From: Verrucomicrobiota bacterium | GTDB taxonomy: Bacteria > Verrucomicrobiota > Verrucomicrobiia > Limisphaerales > UBA11358 | Assembly (NCBI GenBank): GCA_049511835.1 | Contig: JBEKXN010000013.1 | Coordinates: forward strand, 1,058-65,057 | Reading direction: 5' to 3' | Length of the DNA stretch: 64,000 nucleotides | In this document: positions 53,494 to 60,831 of the stretch, in pieces | Numbering within the stretch: position 1 is the stretch's first letter | How the letters are laid out: the number at the start of each line of letters is the position of its first letter | Translations under genes and position numbers: made by a program | The notes under the pieces: model-generated | What the model saw: only the letters and a program-made list of their open reading frames with translations | The model's database searches: none | Told to the model about the DNA's origin: nothing

Positions 53494-54117
53494 GTGAAAG
53501 GCGTCACCGTCATCGCGCACCCGCTGGTGCAGCACAACCTCACCCGGTTGCGCGACAAACGGACGCAGCCCCAGGAATTCCGCCGCCTGCTGGGCGAAAT
53601 CGCCTCGCTCATGGTTTACGAAGCCACCCGCTCGTTCGCCACCCGTCCCACTTCCGTGCAAACGCCCCTCGCGCCCGCGTGCGGCTTCCGGATCAAACGT
53701 GATGTCGTTCTCGTGCCCGTGCTCCGCGCCGGCCTTGGCATGCTCGATTCCATTTTGCAATTGATTCCCAACGCCCGCGTCGGGTTCATCGGCCTCAAGC
53801 GCGAGGAAACGACCTTGCGCGCGCAATTTTACCACAAAAGTCTGCCGAAAAACCTGAGCCGGTTTGAAGTCATTTTGATTGATCCCATGCTGGCGACCGG
53901 CGGCAGCGCCGTGGCCGCGCTGGATTTGCTCGCCGAGCAGGGCGCGAAACAGGTGCGGCTCGTGAATCTGGTCGCCGCGCCTGAAGGCATTCGCCGCGTG
54001 CGGAAAAGCTACCCGCAACTGCCGATTTTCACCGCCGCCATTGACCGGCGGCTGAACCATAAAGGTTATATTTTGCCCGGCCTCGGCGACGTGGGCGACC
54101 GGTTGTTTGGGACGTGA
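53494..54117 (+). CDS. upp: uracil phosphoribosyltransferase
   Basis: GTG start. HPLVQHNLTRLRDK…, PRPP loop LIDPMLATGGS, and a GYILPGLGD(V)GDR tail. Confidence 0.95.
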   Translation: MKGVTVIAHPLVQHNLTRLRDKRTQPQEFRRLLGEIASLMVYEATRSFATRPTSVQTPLAPACGFRIKRDVVLVPVLRAGLGMLDSILQLIPNARVGFIGLKREETTLRAQFYHKSLPKNLSRFEVILIDPMLATGGSAVAALDLLAEQGAKQVRLVNLVAAPEGIRRVRKSYPQLPIFTAAIDRRLNHKGYILPGLGDVGDRLFGT

Positions 54118-54120
54118 GTT

Positions 54121-54215
54121 GGTGATTCGTTAAATGGGTGACTGGTTAAATGAGCAAGCGGACAACGAACTCATTTAACTGGTTTAACCAATCACTTATT
54201 TAACCAATTACTCAT
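54121..54215 (+). terminator. hairpin repeat after upp (ggttaaatgag family)
   Basis: gtgactggttaaatgag … ctcatttaactggtttaaccaatcac. Confidence 0.45.
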
Positions 54216-54231
54216 TCAACGGTTTAGCAAT

Positions 54232-55365
54232 TTGGCCATGCCAGAAACATTACTCATGGTCGCGGACAGCGAACGCGACGCGAACATGCTTTACGCCGTT
54301 GGCATGTTTGTGCCCGACCCGTTCATTTACCTTCGCACCCGCGGCCGCCCCCTCATCGTGATGAGCGATTTGGAAATTGACCGCGCCCGCGCCCAGGCCC
54401 CGCACTGCCGCGTCGCATCACTCGGCCAATATCGGCAAAAACTTCGCGCCCAGGGAATTACACGGCCCGGCCTCGCCCACGTCGTCCGGCAAATTTTGCG
54501 CGAACAAGGAATCCGCCGCCTCACCGTGCCGGATAATTTTCCGCTCGGCCTGGCGACGGACCTGAAAAAACTCGGCGTCCCGGTCAAGGCCCGTCCGGGT
54601 AATTTTTTCCCGGAACGCGAAATCAAATCCGCCGCCGAAGTCCGGAAAATTTCCGCCGCGCTGGTGATGGCCGAGGTCGGCATGGCCGAGGGGATGCAGG
54701 TCCTGCACGCGGCCAAAATCGGGCGCGACCGCAAACTCCTTTACCACAACGTTCCGCTGACTTCGGAAAAACTGCGGTCGGTGATTGATTGCGCCATCTT
54801 GCAGGCCAGCGGCCTGCCCGCCAACACCATTGTAGCCGGCGGCCGGCAGGCGTGCGACCCGCACGAACGCGGCTATGGGCCGCTGCGCGCGCACGAGCCA
54901 ATCATCATTGATATTTTTCCGCGCTCGCAAAAAACCGGCTACTTCGGCGACATCACCCGCACCGTCGTGCGCGGGCGCGCCAGCGAAGCCGTGCGGCGCC
55001 TTTACGACACGGTCTATCAAGGACAGAAAATCGCGTTCCGAAAAATCCGCGCGAATGCCCCAACCGGCGACGCCCATCGCGCCGTGCAGGAATTTTTTGA
55101 GCAGCAGGGCTACAAAACCCGCCGCCACCACAGCCGAATGGAGGGTTTCTTTCACGGCACGGGCCACGGACTCGGTCTGGAAATCCACGAATCGCCGCGC
55201 GTGGGCGCAAATTCCACCGGCAAACTCCAACCCGGCCACGTCGTGACCGTCGAGCCGGGGCTTTATTATCCGGAAATCGGCGGCGTGCGGCTGGAAGACG
55301 TCGCGCTCGTCACGACCAACGGCGCGCGCAACCTGACTCGCTTCGAAAAGGTGCTGGAAATTTAG
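54232..55365 (+). CDS. M24 family Xaa-Pro aminopeptidase
   Basis: Creatinase-like N-domain; metal ligands in …DIFP…GYFGDITRT…HGTGHGLGLEIHE…EPG.Y…. Confidence 0.9.
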   Translation: MAMPETLLMVADSERDANMLYAVGMFVPDPFIYLRTRGRPLIVMSDLEIDRARAQAPHCRVASLGQYRQKLRAQGITRPGLAHVVRQILREQGIRRLTVPDNFPLGLATDLKKLGVPVKARPGNFFPEREIKSAAEVRKISAALVMAEVGMAEGMQVLHAAKIGRDRKLLYHNVPLTSEKLRSVIDCAILQASGLPANTIVAGGRQACDPHERGYGPLRAHEPIIIDIFPRSQKTGYFGDITRTVVRGRASEAVRRLYDTVYQGQKIAFRKIRANAPTGDAHRAVQEFFEQQGYKTRRHHSRMEGFFHGTGHGLGLEIHESPRVGANSTGKLQPGHVVTVEPGLYYPEIGGVRLEDVALVTTNGARNLTRFEKVLEI

Positions 55366-55394
55366 GCAGCGCAAATCCAGATTGCGGTCAGACA

Positions 55395-56333
55395 ATGAGG
55401 GTACTCATCACCGGTGCGGGAGGTAATCTCGGTTCGTTGCTCGCTCGCCATTTGCTTACACAACCCGGCGGCGTGCTCCGGCTGATGGTTTTTCGACGCG
55501 ATATACCCGCCGACTTGAAAGTGGCCGGTAGAACCGAAATCATCCGCGCCGACCTCGCCAAACGTGAATCCTTGACCGCCGCTGTGACCGGAGTTGATGT
55601 CATCATCCATTTTGCCGGAGTGTTGTTCAAGGCCAACCCCGAACGGTTCCTGGGTACGACGAACACGGAATATTTCAAAAATCTCGTTGACGTCGCAAAA
55701 GTGAACGGTGTCCGAAGAATCATATTGATCAGCTTTCCGCACGTTGAGGGACCGACATCGATTGAAAAGCCGGCGAGCGGCAAATTGGACGGCAATCCCA
55801 TATCGGTTCACGCCCAAACCCGTCTGGCCGAGGAGCGATATCTGTTTGCTAACGTGCTCGAGCCGGTCTCGCTCCGGGTCGGCATGGTTTATGGGCGGGG
55901 CATCCTGATGATTGATGCCGCCCGTTGGCTGGCAAAACGCCGGTTGCTGGGCGTCTGGAAGGAACGCACGCAAATTCATTTGATATCGAAGGAAGATTTC
56001 TGCGTGGCCTGCGCGGCGGCCATCTGTAAACCTGTTGCAACTGGCATTTACCATATCGGCGACGAGGGTAATGTTACCCTGCAGGAGTTTCTGGAATTAG
56101 CCTGCCGCCATTGGGGAGTCCGACGCCCCCGGGTCATGCCGTTGTGGTTGATTTACACCGCAGCCGAAGCTTGCGAACTTTATTCAAAACTGACCGGGTC
56201 CGTTTCGCCGCTGACCCGCGATTTCATTGACATCGGCAGGGTGTCTTACTACGGCAACACAGAGCGGATGCGGAAAGATTTGGTGCCGGTTCTGAAGTAT
56301 CGGACGCTAGCGGAAGGACTCTCCACACTTTGA
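55395..56333 (+). CDS. NAD-dependent epimerase/dehydratase (SDR) family protein
   Basis: MRVLITGAGGNLGS Rossmann motif. Confidence 0.85.
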   Translation: MRVLITGAGGNLGSLLARHLLTQPGGVLRLMVFRRDIPADLKVAGRTEIIRADLAKRESLTAAVTGVDVIIHFAGVLFKANPERFLGTTNTEYFKNLVDVAKVNGVRRIILISFPHVEGPTSIEKPASGKLDGNPISVHAQTRLAEERYLFANVLEPVSLRVGMVYGRGILMIDAARWLAKRRLLGVWKERTQIHLISKEDFCVACAAAICKPVATGIYHIGDEGNVTLQEFLELACRHWGVRRPRVMPLWLIYTAAEACELYSKLTGSVSPLTRDFIDIGRVSYYGNTERMRKDLVPVLKYRTLAEGLSTL

Positions 56334-56555
56334 ATAAGTCTGCCTTCCGCGCGCTCAACTTCCTGAATGCTGCGGGTGGGACACCCGCGGTCCGGTTCAT
56401 TTGTGCCAACGCGCGGGTCACACTCGGGTCAGGTTGACGCTAAAAAATTCTTTCAACAGCCATGCAGTCCTGTAAATTCGATGAAATCCATCTGGCACGC
56501 GGCCAGCTTGTTGAATGAAAGCAGCGGACGCGCTGTCAATTCTATTGATTGGTTT

Positions 56556-57254
56556 ATGTTTAATTTGTTTGATCCAGTATATTTGTTGTTTGTAATTCCC
56601 GGATTGCTTCTCGGCATCTGGGCGCAAATCAAGTTGTCCCACGCTTACGGCAAATACAGCCAGGTGCCGGTCGAGTCCGGTCTGTCCGGCGCGGAGGCCG
56701 CGCGCGAAATCCTTGATCAGGCCGGCCTCACCCAGGTGCCGGTGGAGGAAATTCCCGGCCACTTGAGCGACCATTACGACCCGATGAAGCGGGCGCTGTT
56801 CCTGTCATCGGACAATTTTAATGGCCGGACCGTGGCCGCCGTCGGCGTCGCTGCGCATGAATCCGGTCACGCGCTCCAGCATCAGGCGGCCTACGGATTG
56901 TTCAACATGCGCATGGCACTGGTGCCAGCCACGCAATTCGCGAGCATGGCCTGCTTTGGTATTATTTTTTTGGGTTTCGTGCTCCGAATGGCGTTTTTTA
57001 TGAAGTTGCTCTGGCTGGCTGTCGCGCTTTTTGCCGTTACGACGCTGTTCCAACTCGTCACGTTGCCGGTGGAATACGACGCCAGCCGCCGCGCCAAGGA
57101 ACAATTGTTCCGGCTGGGCCTCGTACATGAAAGCGAGCGCACGGGGGTGAGCAAGGTTCTGGACGCCGCGGCGCTGACTTACGTGGCCGCATTGGTCACC
57201 AGCATAATGACGTTGCTTTACTACATCACCCTCGCGCGCGACAGCCGAAGATAG
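56556..57254 (+). CDS. YugP-type membrane zinc metallopeptidase
   Basis: …DHYDP..RALFLS…VAAVGVAAHESGHALQH…. Start set at MFNLFDPVYLL. Confidence 0.85.
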   Translation: MFNLFDPVYLLFVIPGLLLGIWAQIKLSHAYGKYSQVPVESGLSGAEAAREILDQAGLTQVPVEEIPGHLSDHYDPMKRALFLSSDNFNGRTVAAVGVAAHESGHALQHQAAYGLFNMRMALVPATQFASMACFGIIFLGFVLRMAFFMKLLWLAVALFAVTTLFQLVTLPVEYDASRRAKEQLFRLGLVHESERTGVSKVLDAAALTYVAALVTSIMTLLYYITLARDSRR

Positions 57255-57302
57255 CTAATTTTCTTGCCGGCTGGCGTTTAGGTCGTAACGTTTCCCCGTT
57301 GT

Positions 57303-58325
57303 ATGGCGGCAAAGAGGCAAAAACGCAAGGCAGCCAAATCCAAACGGCGCGCAACCCGACCCCTGGTTGCCGCGCGCCGCGCAAAAGTTTCCGCGCGCGC
57401 GACCGTTGCGCCTGCCGTTCCCGCGCACGCCCCGCCGAAACCGGCCGGGGAAAGCGACACCACGCAATTCATCCGGCGGGAAAGTTCGGCTTACGACGGC
57501 GACACGGCCATCAAACTTTACCTGCGCGAAATCGGGCAGGTTAAATTGCTCACGCCGCAGGAGGAAATCCATCTGGCCGCGCGCATCAAAAAGGGCGACA
57601 AAAAAGCGCGTGAGCAGATGATCAAGGCCAACCTCCGCCTGGTCGTAAAAATCGCGCGCGATTACGATGGCATCGGACTGCCGCTGCTGGATTTGATCAG
57701 CGAAGGCAACATCGGCCTGATGAAGGCCGTCGAGCGCTTTGATCCGAAAAAGGGCGGCAAGCTTTCAACCTACGGTTCGTGGTGGATCAAGCAGTCCATC
57801 AAACGCGCGCTCGCCAATCAATCCAAGACCATCCGCCTGCCGGTGCATCTGGTGGACAAGATTTCCAAGATGCGCCGCATTGGGATGCGTTTGCAGGAGG
57901 AGTTTGGCCGCGAACCGACCGACGAGGAACTGGCCGATGAACTCGACGTGACCCCCACCCGCATCCGGCAGATGCGGCAGGTTGCGATTCGCCCGGCATC
58001 GCTCGACGCACCCATCGGCGATGACGACTCGAATTATTTTTCCGACGTCGTCGAGGATGAAAACGCCACCTCGCCCTACGAAAATCTGAAAGACAAAACC
58101 ATCACCGGCATGTTGCAGGACATGGTCGGGCACCTCGACGCGCGCGAAGCGACCATTTTGCGCTACCGTTTCGGCCTTGACGGCGGCACGGAAAAAACGC
58201 TGGAGGAGGTCGGCAAAAAATTCGGCGTCACGCGCGAGCGCGTCCGCCAGATCCAGAACCTCGCGTTGAGAAAACTCCGCAAAATGATCGAAAAACTCGA
58301 AAGCTCCAAAAACAAAGGCAACTGA
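57303..58325 (+). CDS. rpoD: RNA polymerase sigma-70 factor (RpoD-like)
   Basis: Region 1.2/2 (YLREIGQVKLLT…ANLRLVVKIARDY…GNIGLMKAVERFD) and region 4 (…TLEEVGKKFGVTRERVRQI). Confidence 0.93.
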   Translation: MAAKRQKRKAAKSKRRATRPLVAARRAKVSARATVAPAVPAHAPPKPAGESDTTQFIRRESSAYDGDTAIKLYLREIGQVKLLTPQEEIHLAARIKKGDKKAREQMIKANLRLVVKIARDYDGIGLPLLDLISEGNIGLMKAVERFDPKKGGKLSTYGSWWIKQSIKRALANQSKTIRLPVHLVDKISKMRRIGMRLQEEFGREPTDEELADELDVTPTRIRQMRQVAIRPASLDAPIGDDDSNYFSDVVEDENATSPYENLKDKTITGMLQDMVGHLDAREATILRYRFGLDGGTEKTLEEVGKKFGVTRERVRQIQNLALRKLRKMIEKLESSKNKGN

Positions 58326-58328
58326 CGC

Positions 58329-58865
58329 ATGTCCCAAACCACCGCCACGCCCGGGGAAATCGAACAGGCCATCCGCACCATTCCGGACTTTCCCAGGCCG
58401 GGCATCCAGTTCAAGGACATCACGCCCGTGCTGGCCGATGCCCGGTTGTTTTCCGGCGCGATTGATTTGCTCACGGAAAGATTCAAACCCGGTTCGGTGG
58501 ACGCGGTGGTGGGCATTGACGCGCGGGGATTTATTTTTGCCGCCGCCGCGGCCGTGAAATTGCGCGCCGGGTTCGTCCCCGTCCGTAAAAAAGGCAAGCT
58601 GCCCCACCAAACCATCGAACAGGATTACGCGCTCGAATACGGCACGGCGACCGTCGCCATGCACGTGGACGCGCTCAAGCCGGGCGCGCGGGTGGTGTTG
58701 ATTGACGATCTGCTCGCGACGGGCGGCACTTCCGCCGCCGCAGCCGCACTGGTAAAAAAACTCGGCGCCAACATCCTTGAAATCGGCTTTCTCATCGAAC
58801 TGAAATTCCTCAACGGCCGCGAGAAACTGAAGGGCTGGCCGGTGCGCTCCATCATTGTTTATTGA
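58329..58865 (+). CDS. apt: adenine phosphoribosyltransferase
   Basis: …IPDFPRPGIQFKDITP… and PRPP loop VVLIDDLLATGGT. Confidence 0.95.
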   Translation: MSQTTATPGEIEQAIRTIPDFPRPGIQFKDITPVLADARLFSGAIDLLTERFKPGSVDAVVGIDARGFIFAAAAAVKLRAGFVPVRKKGKLPHQTIEQDYALEYGTATVAMHVDALKPGARVVLIDDLLATGGTSAAAAALVKKLGANILEIGFLIELKFLNGREKLKGWPVRSIIVY

Positions 58866-59185
58866 GTCGCACCCCGGAAAATAAAAACGCCGGTGCTTTC
58901 TCGGCGAAACCTCGAACACCGTCCACGCGAAGCCGGGATGTTGATTGTCCGCAACCCGCCGGGTTCAACCACAAAGACATGGCGCGGCGAAGCCGCAACC
59001 GAAACGGAGTGCAGCCGTCCCCGGCTGCAGCAACGTACGGCGGGAGGAAGATTGGGGAATAATCCCGTGCCCTCCGGGCTGAGGATGTTGCTGCGCCCGG
59101 GGACAGGCGCACTCCGGCCAATTCTTCGCAGCTTGCGAGGAATTTGGGGTGTTGCCGTACCAAGGCGCGAAAAATCGGACTGCGG

Positions 59186-59371
59186 TCATCTGATTATCCT
59201 GACGAAATCCGTCAATTTCTTCCCGGTATAGAAGTTTATCCATTTGCCGGTCGCATCAGCATAGGCCAGACACCGGTATCCTTTGCATTGAACCCACACC
59301 AGTTCCTTGAAAATTGGAACCAGACCGCTGGTTTGGTTATTTTTCCTGTCTGCTTGAGCGCTTTTTTTCAT
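59186..59371 (-). CDS. small hypothetical protein (61 aa)
   Basis: Only an ORF in an AT-richer stretch. No known motif. Confidence 0.3.
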   Translation of the reverse strand: MKKSAQADRKNNQTSGLVPIFKELVWVQCKGYRCLAYADATGKWINFYTGKKLTDFVRIIR

Positions 59372-59501
59372 TGGAACGGCAACACGTTAGCACGTTTGCC
59401 CCGTTCATGCCAGTGGTAACAACTCTCAACTTTCAACTCCCCTGTCGCGCCATAGCGAATAGCGAAGGCGGATCAACCGTCCGCAAATGGACTATTGCGG
59501 G

Positions 59502-59690
59502 TGCCGGAACCCAGGCGTAGCATCACCCCCACAGTCTGAAATCAGGAAAATGGGCATGAAAACGATTGGTCTTCCGGGCAAACATTTGTTTAACAATCGG
59601 CCCTCGGCTACCTGCTCGCGCGCAGCGGAGTTGATCATTGGCTGTTCGCCGAAGGCGCCGCCGCAGGCGTCGCAGGCGTTCATTGCCACT
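59502..59690 (+). repeat. direct repeat upstream of the Myb-like gene (copy 1)
   Basis: Core ggcgtagcatc.cc…tctgaaatcaggaaaatgggcatgaaaacgat..gtcttccggg.aaacatt is shared with 60453..60607. Confidence 0.7.
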
Positions 59691-59708
59691 TAAATCAGAA
59701 AAGCAGAT

Positions 59709-60410
59709 ATGAAAACTGAATTTGCCCGGAGACGCTGGACGGTCGAGGAAGAGCATTTGCTGGGAACCAAATCTGATCGCGCCCTCGCTAGAAAATTTGG
59801 CCGCACCACCACTGCGGTTGCCGCCCGACGCCATCTCAAGCACATCAGCCTGATCAAAAAGTGGAAGCCGGAGGATGACAAACTCCTCGGCAGCCGGCCG
59901 GATGCGCAGGTGGCCCTGTTGCTTAAACGTCCTCGTTACCAAGTGGCCTATCGGCGACGCCAGCTTGGCATCTTATTCAAGCATCCCGATTATCACTCCT
60001 GGAAACACGGCGAGATTGCCATGCTGGGCTGGCGACCGGATCGCAAAGTAGCCGAGTTGACCGGACGCACCGTCAAAAACGTGCGTCACAAACGCCTGAA
60101 ACTCGGCATCCCCTTCTTTAATCCCGAATTCCGTCCGTGGACGCGCGAAGAAGACAAGTTGCTGGGCAACATGCCAGACGCCGAAGTGGTCTGGCGGATA
60201 AAGCGAACCATCGTGGCCATTCGCAAACGCCGTCTTCGCCTGGGGATTCCCAATCCCGTCCCCGCGCGTCATGTTTGGACGCAGCAACAAATCGCCCTGC
60301 TCGGCACCATGCCCGACCGGAAATTGGCCGAACAAATTCGCTGCCCGGACTATGTGGTGACATTCAAGCGCCGGTCATTGAAAATCCCCGCTTGGTGTCG
60401 GCGGCAATAA
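59709..60410 (+). CDS. protein of five tandem Myb/SANT-like helix-turn-helix repeats
   Basis: Five units of about 45 aa with the pattern W-(T/K)-x-E-(E/D)-x-LLG-x-x-(P/S)D…(R/K)RxxLGI. Confidence 0.75.
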   Translation: MKTEFARRRWTVEEEHLLGTKSDRALARKFGRTTTAVAARRHLKHISLIKKWKPEDDKLLGSRPDAQVALLLKRPRYQVAYRRRQLGILFKHPDYHSWKHGEIAMLGWRPDRKVAELTGRTVKNVRHKRLKLGIPFFNPEFRPWTREEDKLLGNMPDAEVVWRIKRTIVAIRKRRLRLGIPNPVPARHVWTQQQIALLGTMPDRKLAEQIRCPDYVVTFKRRSLKIPAWCRRQ

Positions 60411-60452
60411 ACCTCCGTCATTTGCGCAATGGAGTATTGTTGACACCGCATC

Positions 60453-60607
60453 TGCCGGGCGTAGCATCGCCTTACAATCTGAAATCAGGAAAATGGGCAT
60501 GAAAACGATCAGTCTTCCGGGTAAACATTCGTTTTTCAATTGGCGATTGGTCATTGGTCATCGGCTATTCGCCAGAGGCGCAGCCGCAGGCGTTGTTGGC
60601 AATCGCC
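60453..60607 (+). repeat. direct repeat upstream of the cas12b-like region (copy 2)
   Basis: See 59502..59690. Confidence 0.7.
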
Positions 60608-60687
60608 CGCCTTAATTCTCAACACTCAACTCCATGTCGCGTCGAAACAACGTGAAGACGGATCAACTCTCAACTTCAATAAGACAA

Positions 60688-60818
60688 TGAACCGAATCTA
60701 TCAGGGCAAAGTAACTGCCGTTGAAATCCCCGACGGCAAAGACGAACAAGGCAAACCACTCGATCTGGACGTTCTCTGGCAGCACCACGAATTATTTCAG
60801 GACGCGGTGAATTATTGA
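60688..60818 (+). pseudogene. orphan Cas12b-like N-terminal fragment (43 codons, then stop)
   Basis: MNRIYQGKVTAVEI…LWQHHELFQDAVNY* mirrors the N-terminal strand plus helix of the next gene (…LRDTHMIFQDAVCYN…) and of Cas12b enzymes (…LW..H….N.GV.YY). Confidence 0.55.
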
Positions 60819-60831
60819 ACCCCTCACGACT

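Noticed and set aside
54418-55395. 325-aa ORF on the - strand
   Set aside because: Antisense shadow of the M24 peptidase gene.
57765-58919. 384-aa ORF on the - strand
   Set aside because: Antisense to rpoD and apt, both of which are clearly real.
59547-59693. Duplicated mini-ORF beginning MGMKTI(G/S)LPGKH in both leader repeats (second copy from about 60493), considered as a conserved leader peptide
   Set aside because: Conservation is at nucleotide level and extends upstream of the ATG. The two ORFs diverge completely after ~12 codons, and spacing to the AGGA motif is too short. A non-coding repeat is more likely.
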